Origin: Octopus bimaculoides
Taxonomy: Eukaryota
Length of the DNA: 64,000 bases
Assembly (NCBI RefSeq): GCF_001194135.2
Contig: NC_068981.1
Span: 66,453,567-66,517,566 of the forward strand
Direction: 5' to 3'
The stretch's first letter is position 1; the number at the start of each line of letters is the position of its first letter. The notes beneath the pieces are model-generated. The model was not told the origin of the DNA, did not search any database, and saw only the letters and a list, made by a program, of their open reading frames with translations. A program made the translations under genes and the position numbers. Positions 13,726 through 27,050 of this stretch are shown here, one piece after another.

Positions 13726-15569
13726 TTGTGCATGCATAGTAATATTACAATCATGAAATTAGCATTAGCTTATCTCACATTTTCTTATGGAACCACTAGG
13801 AACCTTTTGTGGAACCCAGGTTGAGAAACGCTGATTTAGACAATAACTATAGGAAATTGGGAGAACAAAAAAAAAATTTGTTGATGCAAATAGCAGATAA
13901 ATTAACTCTTTTGATATCAAGCCCCCTAAGACCACCTTTGGCTTTACGATATGAACATCCTATTTTAAATTAAAACCCTTCATTTTAATTTAGGTCCCAA
14001 ACACCTTAATGCTGATAAAATTATTTCACTAATTTTTCCATTATTTTCAAAATGAATTGAATCAAAGCAGAATTTCAACAGAAATATGCAGACAAAAGAG
14101 TAAAGGTAAAGAAATTACCAACAACCAAGAGGTAGCCTCTAGAACTGCCTGACAAACAAATTTCAGACTAATAGTTTGGCCATCATGATGTTCTTGGTAG
14201 TAGTTACTCAAATGTCACCCTATTTCACCTCTATACATCACACTGCAAATAATGAAGTAGATGAAGAAACTCTTAGCATGTTAAAATAGAGGAAGTTATG
14301 ATGTGTTCCCGTACCTAAACCATAACTTTTTCTATGCTATTGTTTCTCTCAATGAACAAAAAAGGAGAACAAAAAACTCATACAGGAATTTAACTCAAAT
14401 ATTCTAAGATTTCTATTTTGGGCTCTCCACAAACTAATAAAGTTAACTATGCAAGAATAAATAACAAAATAGTTTTTGTTAATACTTCAACTAAATAACG
14501 TGCACTAATACACAACAATAATCTTCTCAACAGATGTGTATATGATAATGTGTATCCCCCACCCACAACACATGGATCATTTGAGCTGCATGTATTTTAG
14601 ATGTTTCTAGTTAATCAGTTGAAGTAGAAAATACACTGATAGACAGTATATTTACACTTGATGGCACATAAATCAATATTACAAGTTAAAATTTCTTCCA
14701 ATCGAATACTAAAAATGAATGTTTTTAAATACAATTTATACTTTCATTTATTTTTGAGGTGGCTAGATTATTGTTGGAACTAAACTTGTTCTTCTTTGTA
14801 AACATTTAAATGCCCCTAACAGAAAAGTTAACAGACACAGTCAAAGGTACATGCCTGAGCAACAGAAAGACAATATAATGGAAGTCAAAAATAACTGCAA
14901 AATCAATTTCCACAGCTCTGCATGGGCTTTCTGCAATGAGCTGCTTATGACATCATGTTTAGATAAAAACCACTTCGTACAGGTCATCAGTTTTTTTAGG
15001 TGATGGTAAAGAAGTATTCACTATTTGTAGAGGTATAACAAGGAAGGCTAATGTTTACACAGGTATTTAAACATAGACAATAGAAGATATAAAGCAAAAG
15101 ATGTAGGTATTTATGGTATCCACCAATAATCTAATCCAGTACAATTTCACTGGTCCCATTCTTTACTTAATCCCTTTGTTACAATCAACTGTCCATATCA
15201 GAATCCTTTTGCTCCCTACCTAAATAGCTTTCATTTTCTCTCATCACTTCCTGAGCTTATTGTTAAACATAAGAGACACACACAAGTGAAACATTTCAAA
15301 GGTCCTCTTACACACATGCCTAGTACTGTCGTGATGCACATAAAAGAGCTTTGTCATTTTGTTAGTGCCTGGCCTGTAAAGTTTAAGTAAATATGTATCA
15401 TTGTAATAGTCATGAAATAAACTACATATTAAAATATAGAGAAAATAGTTTAATATTGTAATCTATAATTCCATCTACAAATACATACTAGGTGAGTGGG
15501 TGGATGGATGGATAGATAGACAGATAGAGGTAAAGTGTGTGTGTGTGTGTGTATGAGAGAGAGACAGAG

Positions 15570-15715
15570 GTATAGGTACAGACATAACTGCATGGTTAAA
15601 AAGTTCACTTCCATTGCACAGTACCTTGGATAGGTGTCTCCTACTATAACAGTGAGTTGACCAATGTCTTGTGAGTGACTTTGGTGAGTGAGAACTGTAT
15701 GGGAGCCTATCATAT
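15570..15715 (+). mobile_element. SINE family A head (degenerate)
   Basis: gcatggttaaaaagttcac...ccttggataggtgtctcctactata...gtgagtgactttggt. Confidence 0.6.
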
Positions 15716-16117
15716 GTATATGAGTAAGAGAGAGAAAGAGAAAAAGAGAGGGAGAGCATGTGTGCATGTGAACACTAACATTCCACAGGTTTGCTAGACA
15801 CTGAGTGAAAAAGTGCTAAGTTTAACACTGATATCATGGACAGCTGCTTTGTGCTTTCAAACCAATGATATAAAAAAATGTTACTTGAAAAACAGGTAAA
15901 GGTTCGTGATAGGAAGAGCCCGACTGTAAATTCTTGCCTTAAATAAATCCTCATCCAGCTTACGCTAGCATGGAAAAATGGACATTATACAAATGTGTGT
16001 GTGTGTGTGTGTAAAAACAGGAAGGACATTTAGCTATAGAAAATCTACTGCAATAAATTCCATTTCACTCATGCAAACATGGAAAAGAGTATGTTAAATG
16101 ATGATTATGTGAAGATA

Positions 16118-16156
<39 letters not shown>

Positions 16157-17915
16157 TTAAAGAATGTAGTTGTGTAAAGCCAGAAGTTGCAGTTTTACCT
16201 TGCATTTCTATATTCCGGGCTGAAGAACCCTTCTTCAGGACATTCAGAGAAGCAGTGGCTGGAGAAAATTTCTTTTCAAATTGTAGTATATTTTGTACCT
16301 TCTTGAATTGTTCCTACTTTACACAACTACATTCTTTGAATTATTCTTCTCAATTCTTCACAAAAACTACTACATTTTAATATATATACAGAGAGAGAGA
16401 GAGAGAGAACACAAATGGTATTTAAAAAACATCTCACCTGTTTAAAATTTAACCTGAAGTTGGTGGATTATATGTTATGATATAATCTATGAATACATCA
16501 ATAAAATTCTGAAACAGCTGTCATAAATTTTAAATGTCATTTGTGTTCTCTTTTTATACCTACATCACACCTGAAACCAACCCCAGAGACAGATCTACAG
16601 TTTAAACTGGAGTTGATACTTATATATCTATAGTATCGTGTCAATACTTGATACTTTCATTGTTTTCCTCACCATGTTATTGTACCTAGCCATTTCTAGT
16701 GTACATGTTTATGTGCCTAGGTTCTATTGAATCTCTATCACTATATATATCTTAGTGAAATTTGAGATATACCACTAAATAATTATAATTACCTATTTAC
16801 GGCACTTACCATTCTATCAAAGGTTTTCTTTAGTATGTAATCAACAACATTGACCTTTTAATTCTTTTCTTTTTTTATTATTTTTGTTCAAGATAAAGGG
16901 AATTCTTCCTTTTCACAAGCTAACGATGATGCACTTCAGAGTCATTCAGAGAACCATACAACCATGGTAAAGGGACTGTGCCTCTGTAGATTATACTCAG
17001 ACACACAATTTGAAATGCTTAATGCAGTAATGTTTGAATTATGAAACTGTGCTTGGTCCAACATGAATCATATTTTTTTAATAAACTCTGATCAAAACTG
17101 AACAAAATTCAAAGCCATTTAATTAATTTGGTACCTGTGCTATGCTGTCAGAGATCTGGTATATATTCCAAGAGTATAACAATCTTTTTTTTTTGACTCT
17201 CATAGCTGGATGGTTGGGAATGGGAAACAGGATTACAAAAATGAGGTGGTATAGATTCTAAATGAATGTGCTTTGCCATACTGCAGACCAATCTAGTGAT
17301 CCCAAAATGGAAAAACAATTGTACAGATGATAACAGTTTTACACACACACACACACATATTTAACAAGCTGTATTAGTGGAGTATAAATGTATTACAGGA
17401 AGAAATGAACCAGTGAAAGCTGTAGACCTTTTCAGTTAAATTCCATACAATTAGTGAGAAAGCAAATACTAGACACTTTATTGCGGATATCACCCTCAAA
17501 GTTTTTCTTGTATACATTATATACTTTGTTTTCAGGCACAAACTCTTTCAATGTCTATTAGAGAATTTCAAGTACAATGATATTGTAACTTAACATGTAG
17601 GTGCACACACACAAACATCTATATTTTCCCTAAAATAGCAATACAGCAAAGCCAATCAATGTAAATAAGAATGTGTCAAATACCTCTTCCATCAACCAAA
17701 TAATTCTCTCTCTCTTTCTTTCTTACTCCAAACCAGAAAATATATTCTACCTATGACAATCTTCATTATACCTTCACACAAATTTCATAAGAAAAGAAGT
17801 GGTAATGATTTTCTTTCCTTCCCTGAGCATCTGTTAATACTTTGCATGTACCATGTCCTTATGTTGTTGTTTTTTTCTTGTCTTTTCTTCATTTTTTGGG
17901 GGGGGATTAACTATG

Positions 17916-17954
<39 letters not shown>

Positions 17955-17984
17955 ATATATTTATATATATAGTCAGGATTGAAT

Positions 17985-18640
17985 AAAAAGACAACAAACG
18001 GAAAATACGACGTGCGTGTGTGTGCATATAAATTTTAAAAAACATGTAAATAAACATACACATATATACTAAATACACAGACGAACAGAAAATACAAGGT
18101 CACCAACTCCTCTTCAGTTATCAGCCACAGGGTCAAAGTGCAATTTCAGCCACTATTGATAATATTGTTTCCACTCTGGAGGCACTGGCAAGAAACTTGC
18201 TGGGAATAGGACCAAAACATAAGATGGGACAGGCTCAAGACAAGACCATTAGTTGGAGTTATGAACTCTTTTTCAACAGGACATAAACTTCCTGTTGAAA
18301 AAGAGTTCATAACTCCACTAAAAAGATTTGTCTCCCCTTACACAGACTTCCTGTTTTGACATCACACTTCCTGCTTAACACAAACTTTTAGCTCTTTTTT
18401 AAACCTAACACAACTCTCAATTCTCATGCATCCTTATTTTTCCAACCATTATATACATGAACTACCATTGAACTTCAAAAGCTCAAAGACAATATAATGT
18501 ATTGGTATATTTATTTTTTTATATATTATTTTTTTATATATTATTTTCTTCATTTTGTACTTCTTTGTAAAAAAACATTTTCATTCTCCCTCTTCTTGAA
18601 AATTTGCTATACAATGAAAGCCGGTTAGAAATATTTATTA
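17985..18640. mobile_element. Possible Penelope-like LTR remnant
   Basis: Minus strand has ctgaagaggagttggtgacc, a decayed CTGAAGA-GGAG motif of the kind seen in Penelope-like termini. No protein evidence. Confidence 0.3.
18254..18317. repeat. Perfect 28-bp inverted repeat with an 8-nt loop
   Basis: tggagttatgaactctttttcaacagga-cataaact-tcctgttgaaaaagagttcataactcca. Confidence 0.95.
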
Positions 18641-19405
18641 AAATATGCTTCCAGTTTAGCATTCTGCCTTATTATTATTTTTCATTTTCATATATATATA
18701 TATATATATATAAAACGAAGGATATTTTGACTGAGCAGCCTGGTTTAAATGTGGCTCAGGGTTAGTTCTCAACTCTTTCCAGAGTATTAAAGTAGATAGG
18801 TAACTTACTGCCTCTGAATAGGATCTGTTAATGATAGTTTTACACATGAGTGGGTGGCTTAACTTGGCACTTCAAGCCAACAAAATACTTATTGCACTAA
18901 TCAAGATGTCATCTTAGATTGGATTTGGTTTTATGAGAGATCAATATCTCAGTCATGAAAAAAATAAAATGTACAGCCCAACTATTGACCCCTACAGATT
19001 GTATGGTTCTCTATAAATTAAAAGGGTAGCTATTTTCACTTGACCACTGAAAATGAAATGAAAGGAAAAACCAAACAAAAAACTAGCATGCTCACAGATA
19101 GACATCTAGATATATGAAATCAGAGAGATATATAAGAATGTAGATCTTTCTATATTGGTCAGAGCAGAGACACTAGTTGGAAATACTGAAAAAGCATGCA
19201 GCAGGGATTTTCAGAAATGACAAAGGTGAAAAGTTTAGGCTTATCTTTAAAAGCCAGAGATGATATTCAAACAGACACAAACAATCAGATCAAAAAGCAA
19301 CTGGCATCTTAAATAAATATCAGGGGAATAAATACATTGTAAAACAAAGAAAAGAGGGACTAACTGAATAGGTGGCGGCATGTAGTTGGATTTATAACAT
19401 TTTTG

Positions 19406-19442
<37 letters not shown>

Positions 19443-20074
19443 TATATATATATATGGTTACAAGTAACAATAGAGATTATAGCTAAATACCTGATTTAGC
19501 TATATGCTCTTTTGTTTAAAATTATTTTAGGATCAGACAGACTGGATTTGAGAAAGATTTGGCTGATTTTTCTAGCACATAGAGATTCTCCCATTGGTGT
19601 AAGCTTTCTTGTTATCATGTGTCATCAGAAAATGCTCACAGAAGAGAAAAACTGAGAAAGACATGGGAAAAAAAATCAGGTTCTCAGTCCTTGAGACAGT
19701 TGGACTTCAGAGAGTTAGAAGATAACAAGATTATGAAATAATAGCAAAACACCAAACTGCAAATTCCCTCATCCAACCATGTCAAAATGGAATAAAAGGA
19801 TGCTACAATAATGGTGATGATAATAAGGATGAATAGATGTCTCAGAAAATATTGGGCTTCATTTAATTGACTATATTTCACGCAGCAAAAATTAGTTTTC
19901 TATCTTGTCAGTGGATATGTTTTCAAGACAGTGGAAATATATGATAGCTACTGTGAACTATGTTTGATGTTTCACACTAACAATTCTGCATTTCAAGTAA
20001 TACTAAATAACTGTAAATTACAAGGGTTGGGAGAAGGGTGTTGTTTTTAATAGCTTAATCACAGAAGGAGACAG

Positions 20075-20200
20075 TAAACTGATAGGGTTATTAGAGCAAA
20101 ATGCCTTGCAGTATCTGTTTCAGCATTTATGCTTCAAGTTCAAATCCTGCCATGGTCAACTTTGCCTTTCATCTTTCGGGGGTCAATAAATAGAATACTG
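20075..20200 (+). mobile_element. SINE family D fragment
   Basis: agttcaaatcctgccatggtcaactttgcctttcatctttcgggggtcaataaa. Related copies at about 29915 (-), 38270 (-), 47770 (+) and 59105 (+). Confidence 0.6.
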
Positions 20201-20622
20201 TTTAATACTGGAATCTATTCCTCCTACTTTCCTTCCTTCTCTCTCTCAAAACCAGCTACAATGCACTGTCAAAAAAGGGTTGTGGCAGATCCCTCACAGT
20301 ATTCCTTTCTCCAGAAATGGGGAAGAGTTAGGCAAGGGACCAAGAACAATTTCTCAGAAAAACTGATATGCTACAAGGGCCATCCAAGAACAAGCCAATG
20401 TGCAGTAAAGCATGGAACAGAAATAAAGGGAAATACAAAGAAGTTACGCAAGCCCCATCACAAGGGTGAAGATGAAGGGAGATTGAGGTACTGGTGTTAA
20501 AAACAAGGTAACATTAACTCTAACTCTCAAATATGATGGTGATACTCTATCCTCTATTTCTTTCAGTTAGGCATTTATTCATTTCTATATAATTCTTGAT
20601 TATTCATTTGTCATATTTAGTT

Positions 20623-20679
<57 letters not shown>

Positions 20680-21126
20680 TTTTTCTCTGCTGTCTGCTTG
20701 GCAGCAAAAGTCAAGATAGCTGAGATAAAAAAACAGCAGACACTGAAGAGTATCAGACTGGATATTTTGCAGAACTGACACATGCATATTGTTTCAGATT
20801 TCAAAGACCTGCTGGGCAGAAAGGGGCTAATCAAATTAGTTCCCATAAATTAGTACCTAAATTTCTTATATCATCATTACATGTAAATTAAATCATAAAC
20901 ACACATATACTGTTCAATGTATCTCATGTTAACCTAGGCCCCTCCAGCTAAAAATAAAAGAGAAAAAAAGACAAAACAGCAACATGAATATCAATGTAAC
21001 ATAACCACATAATGGACAATATATATATATATATTATTTCTAAATCTCTCTAAAGGGGACTACAGCAGCAGTACTGGGTATTAATAGTTATCGCCAAGCC
21101 AACATGGGAGTCCAGAAAAATAGGAC

Positions 21127-21387
21127 GAATGCTGCCATTGATTAGCTCCAAGAGACCATTGCCTCTAGCTAGCTATGTGACACACAAACCTGTGTCCATT
21201 ACAACCTTCGAACAAGGGACTACTCCACATTGGTAAAGAGCAAATACCCTGAAACTAGTCTGTGGATGTCTGAAACACATGGGGAAGCTGATGACCTCCC
21301 CTGTTCGAAGGTTGTAATGGACACAAGTTTGTGTCACACAGCTAGCTAGAGGCGATGGCCTCTTGGAGCTAATCAACAGCAGCATTC
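21127..21387. mobile_element. MITE/foldback with ~88-bp terminal inverted repeats
   Basis: gaatgctgccattgattagctccaagag...acaaccttcgaaca ... tgttcgaaggttgtaatgg...ctcttggagctaatcaacagcagcattc. The right end abuts an N gap, so the TSD cannot be read. Confidence 0.8.
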
Positions 21388-21505
21388 NNNNNNNNNNNNN
21401 NNNNNNNNNNNNNNNNNNNNNNNNNNNNNNNNNNNNNNNNNNNNNNNNNNNNNNNNNNNNNNNNNNNNNNNNNNNNNNNNNNNNNNNNNNNNNNNNNNNN
21501 NNNNN

Positions 21506-21550
<45 letters not shown>

Positions 21551-23040
21551 AACTCGTTACACTAATTATTTTAAAACTATTATTACAATAATTACTAAAG
21601 CAAAACAATACATATGAAAAAATTGCAACATTAGCAGAATACATGAAACAGTTATTAAAAATCAGGAAATGAATAATTTTTACTTAATTTGATCTGCAAA
21701 GATGATTTATGCTAAATGTGTTTGTCATTATAGTTAGAATGTAATATGATATGAACAGATACTAAAGCTACCTAACATCTTTTGACACAGATAGCCAAGA
21801 GACATTTGAGCAATTTATGACTATTCCAAATACTTTTAGTATCTGAGAGCCTACTTTTTGTTCCCTGAACCATAAAGGATCTAACATATCTAAATTTCAC
21901 ACAATGTACTCTTGGTATAGATACTTTATATGTTGACAACAACTACCTTATTATGAACTAATATGAAATGCAAACAATAAGGTCCCTCCCATCCAAGGTT
22001 ATTAACTCTTGTAAATTGATCATTGAATCACTGACTGCATAATGTAAAATTTAAAACAAAACCCAAAGCCAATGCCTTGTGCTTGTTAAGCAAGGCATAT
22101 AGCTGCTTGTTTAAGCATGCCAGTTAGATTACAGATTACACCTATTTCATGGTTAAGTGGTAAGCTATAAGGAAGGTATCCAACTGTAAAAACAAGTGCT
22201 TCAACAAAAACTCATCCTACCTATACTACACCCATACTTCTGCTACCTTCTTGACAGCAAAATGGATTAAATTCCATAAATATGACAAGGTCCAGTTGAA
22301 CACAACTTTTTGACAGTCTGAGGTGCACAAGCATGGAAGAGTGAACATTAAAAGTATGATCAAGAACGAAATACAGAAGAGAGTGAGAGAAACAAACACT
22401 GAAACACTTACCACATAATCAATCTGAAACTCTACTATAGATATCGTGTTGTAATCAAAGAACATAATTCTGCTTGCCTAACAAGTTGGTTTCCCTTCAG
22501 CTGCACATTTAGTGTTTAACAATAAAAAGGAGTGTCCAGTTACAAAATAAACAACCTAACAATATACAAATATTCAAATTGTTCAACTGACAATTCACTA
22601 ATAACCTTCCCATTTTGCTTTTCTCATCCATTGTATCAAAATGCATTACTCAGTGACTTTCATTTTTTTTTTTTTTACATTTCTACTCCACCCAAACATA
22701 CCCCTTTTTCATGTATTTTCTACCCCCAAAAATGGTAAAAGGTGATACAAAGGAAATGTGGTAAAGTGAACCAGTCAAATAAACATGTAAAGACTTCTTT
22801 GGTTTATTTAATCAGAGTTAATCTGGGGCTAGATAACTCAGACTTTCACATTCACATTGTTACATAATAGAAGAAATATAAACTTGTGAAAAACCCATAC
22901 TCATGTGATGTATATTATAATATTATATTAGAAAAACAAAAGTATATCTAAAATGAGGATCTATTGATCCCACTGAATCATAGCAAATATACTGATCTTC
23001 TGTGATCAAAGTATTCTTTTGATGTTTCCTCCAGAATAAG

Positions 23041-23261
23041 GTGTTGCCTATGTGCCACATAAAAAGCTTCGGTGTAGGTGCTGGTGTCACATAAAAAGCA
23101 CCCAGTACACTCTGTAAAGTATTGGTATTAGGAAGGGCTTTCAACCATAGAAACCAAGCCAAACAGACTATGGAACCTGGTGTGGCCCCTGAGCTTGCCA
23201 GTTTCTATCAAGCCATTCAGTCTATGCCAACATGGAAAATGGATGTTAAACGTTGATGATG
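23041..23261 (+). mobile_element. RTE 3' tail fragment
   Basis: aaaaagcacccagtacactc...ggtattaggaagggc...catggaaaatggatgttaaacgttgatgat. Confidence 0.75.
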
Positions 23262-24359
23262 TTCCTGATAAGTAAGCATACGGAAGTATGCAATAGGCAC
23301 AGTCAGAGGATTAGAACTCATAATCTATAACAAAAATTGCACAACCTAACTTAACCACTCAGCCTTTTTACTTCCAGCTACAAAATCCACTCGACTGCTT
23401 CACTGATTTACTTCCTTCCTTTCCTATCAAAACACGCTGTACAGCAACATTAAATTCAGAAAGTGTAGGAAACATTGATTCTCAACCTAATCTCAATAAG
23501 GTGGTAGAATTGGAGAGAAATTAATAAAACGCGTCTTTAAAACCATGCCTGCTATTCATTGTTGAATTAATAGCTATGAAAACAGCTTTAAGGAAATGCC
23601 ATTTCCCATAACACCAGACACAAAATGGTCTCCACCAACACTACAGAAATTTTAATTTTTGAATGTTTTGAATTTCCTAAGTACCAGAATAGCTACTGAC
23701 TAATGAAGTTCACATGAGAAAATGAATTGTTATATCTAAATTGACAGTTTGTTTACAACAACATATTTCCATAGAAGCAATTTACACCCATTCTGTATCA
23801 TGGGTAGAAATAGACCATAGCACACTTTACCTGATAAGCTCAGCTCTAACCAGTTTATACAAGTTTGCTAAGCCAACAATGTATATACTTAAGGTTTCTT
23901 CCAAGTTAGACCCAACAATCATCATGACTACAACAAAATAAAATTTCATTACCTAATTCACACACACACACACACACACACACTATTGCATATTCAACAC
24001 CTGCCAAGTCTTCATACACGACACGTTTTCTTTCTCTTTTTCCGACTCTTCTTCAGTTCAGCCACTGAGCTATTAGTACAATTTATCTTTAAGAGGGTGA
24101 AAAAATTTGAGTTAATATTCACAAGCATTTCTTGATGTTTGAGCTAAAAATTAATTCTACATTCTGCAATTCACCTAACCATATGGAATAGATACCAAGG
24201 GCTTTTCAGGATAAAAATTACCAATACTATACTAGATCAGCTTCTTATGCAGGTGCGCTTCGAAATACAAGTGACAGAACTTTCAGTTGAAACACCGACT
24301 TTTTTTTAGAAGTTGTTTTAAGATACATACACCAAGTAGAGAAGTTAAGATTGCCAAAC

Positions 24360-24426
<67 letters not shown>

Positions 24427-24509
24427 TAGAGAGAGAGAGAAACAGATATATATATATATGAAGATAGAAAGAGAAAGATGCAGATATATATACACACAGA
24501 TAAGAACCA

Positions 24510-25680
24510 TTGCACCGGGTTGGACGATTTGATTGAGGACTGGCAAGCCAGAAGGCTGCAGCAGGCTCCATCATCCAAGCGGACACATTTCTCTCCTACG
24601 ACATCACAATTCTCTCTCACACACTGTCTTGCAACACGAAATACCTCAAGTCTTTGGTCCTCATGTCGCAGAACATTTGCAAATTTTTTCTTATCTGCTT
24701 CCCCTCTGGCTATGTAAACCTGTCTCCTAGCTTCCCTTATGACAGTCTGATACAATTCCCTGCTACCTCCGTTCTTCCAGTCCTCCCAAGCCTGTTTCTT
24801 TTATCTAACAGCCCTGTCAACCACATTGTTCCACCACCATGTTACTTTGGGTCGAGAGGGGACTTTGCACCAGCCACAGATCTGGTTAGTGGCTCTCAGC
24901 AGGTTGTCCCGTAGAAACCTCCAATTATCTTCCATGTTGTGTGATGCTATATCTCCTATTTCGTCAAATGCTTCGAGTAAGACATTTTAAAATCTCTGTC
25001 CATTTGCAGGATCTTTAAGCTTCCAGAACCCTTCTCCTCCAAGCTAGTCAACTTCTGGGCATCCATTTAGCCCTTGATCCCAAAGTCGCTAACTACTAAT
25101 CTGTGTTGAGGGGTACATTCTTCACCTGGGAAGGTTTTGGCATTTATAAGCAGTCCTTTTTCCCTATTTCTGGCGAGGATGTAGTTGATTTGGCTAGTGT
25201 GTCTGCCAAAACGGTAGGTGACTAGGTGACAGGCAGGTTTCCTGAAGTTGGTATTGCAAACCATAAGATCGTTTGCATCACAGAACTCCAGCAGTCTGGT
25301 TCCCTCCTCATTGTGGGAACCGAAGCCATAGCCTCCATGTACGCCATGGAAGCCCCCTGCATCTTGTCCAACATGACCATTGAAATCACCAGCCACAAAG
25401 AGAAGGTCCCTGTCATTTGTCAATGAGGTAGTTTGCAACAGGGTGTCATAGTATTGGTCTTTTTGTCCATCAGGTAGACCCGGTTGAGGGGCATAGGCCG
25501 AGATGACAGTAGCTGACCTATGGTAAAGCACTAGTCTAATCTTAAGTACTCTGTCACATACTCCGACTACCTCGATTACCTTATCAACCCATTTCTCTGC
25601 AAGAAGTATTCCCATGCCCCCGACCCCGTCAGTGTTCCCTGCCCAGAAAATCTTGTACCTATGTAAATATAGGTACAAAA
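24510..25680 (-). mobile_element. Internally deleted RTE LINE: APE endonuclease and linker fused to the 3'UTR
   Basis: ORF 25067-25678 has APE motifs SAYAPQ, GDFNGH, LLEFC..NDL..NT.F, QINY and QHRLVV. The linker EKCVRLDDG joins 3'UTR sequence at about 24570. Confidence 0.88.
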
Positions 25681-26059
25681 TGTAAATATAATAATAATAA
25701 ATTTACATCTGCAGGTCCGTCCACTTAGATTACTTGGTACTTCTTTATCTGACTGCCATCTTCCATTTACATCACATGCCTGTACCAATTCATGCTTCTG
25801 GAACGTTCTTCTAATTAGGCCACCTATCAGAAGATAACTACTTCTAAGAAACCCACAAAGCAGTTGATAATTTATTTCATGGGCACTCTTGCTGCTAACT
25901 ACTTCTGTACAAACATTTGACAGTCTTTGTTCTCTGCTTCTGATCCTACTATATCTTTGGAGTTGGGTAAAGCCTTTTTATGTATATTGAAGCAGGTCCT
26001 TAAGTGAAGTCCTGTTTTTTATTCCTGCTAAAAGAATATTTCTGTCATTGTTAGGTTTA

Positions 26060-27050
26060 CTTTACAACCTCTTAATTCTAGACTTTGCTTCCATGCAATT
26101 TCTTCACTAATTCTTTGACAGATTCAGCTATGAGAACTAGGTCATTGGAATATAAAACTGTCATGAGCAGCTAGTCTTAAACTTCTCTCCTATATCCTGT
26201 AGAACCACTATCTGATGGATGCTAACCAACATACAAAATTATTCACTGAACTCATCTGTACATAGCTCACACAGCATTCACCAACACTTAGTTTTGTTAA
26301 TGACCACTAGACTACAGAGTGTGATGTCCTGTCAAAGATCTTTTCCAAATCAATGAATGCTAGACAGAATGGTTTACTCTTTGAGAAATTTTCCTGTAGT
26401 TGTCTCACTGGGAAGAAGAGGGTATCTGAACACAAATCCAATCTGCATCTCATTTAACTTTGTGTTTTGCCTACTTTCTATTACTTTTGCAATTTGGTCC
26501 ATCAGTTTGAGGCATCTGTTGTTGCCACTCTCAAGTGATTCTCCTTTGCTCTTGTAGCAGTAGGTGATAATACTGCCATGGCAGTGTCTTGGAATGAGCT
26601 GTTCCTGCACTAGCTGACTGACTAAGTGACCTGTGCATGTCCTACATAGCAGGATATTTTCAGAATCTCAACAATTATCCATGATAGCCCAGCTACTTCT
26701 TCGACCTTCACATTCTTAATAACAAACTCAACCTGGGCCTCTTTGGATTAGTCCCTCCCTCTCCCAAATATTTTCTCTCCTCACTCAGCAACTTCTCATA
26801 ATAGCATTTCCATGCCACTCTCTTTCCAGCTTAAGTGTGGGGGGGGGGGGCATATCTGCTGCTATCATTACATTCCTCTTCAACAAAATTCTGATTCATA
26901 CTCATACACTGCTTTGCAATCCAGAACTCATGCCTCTGATCTTCATTAGCCAATCTCTTACTTTCTTCTTCTCTCCTTACTAAATATATCTGACATCTAG
27001 CTACCTGATATTGTTCTTTACCCCTGCTCCTTTCCTACATTTTTTCCAGG
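26060..27050 (-). mobile_element. Degenerate RTE linker and RT N-terminal fragment
   Basis: CYKSKGESLESGNNRCLKLMDQ...EMQIGF resembles CYKGKGDALDRNNYRSIKLLDQ...EMQFGF in the 51.5-kb copy. Confidence 0.7.

Larger units (their letters stand above)
13022..13833. mobile_element. hAT/Charlie-like MITE carrying a nested SINE and RTE tail
   Basis: Right end GTTGAGAAACGCTG followed by atttagac. Left flank gtttagac followed by a truncated caacc terminus (7/8 TSD match). Confidence 0.55.

Noticed and set aside
20129-20500. 123-aa plus-strand ORF
   Set aside because: Starts inside a family D SINE and shows no recognisable homology.
23830-23935. Minus-strand VVMMIVGSNLEET resembling ARL5 TIGSNVEE
   Set aside because: Flanking residues do not match ARL5 and the WDxGGQ motif is absent.
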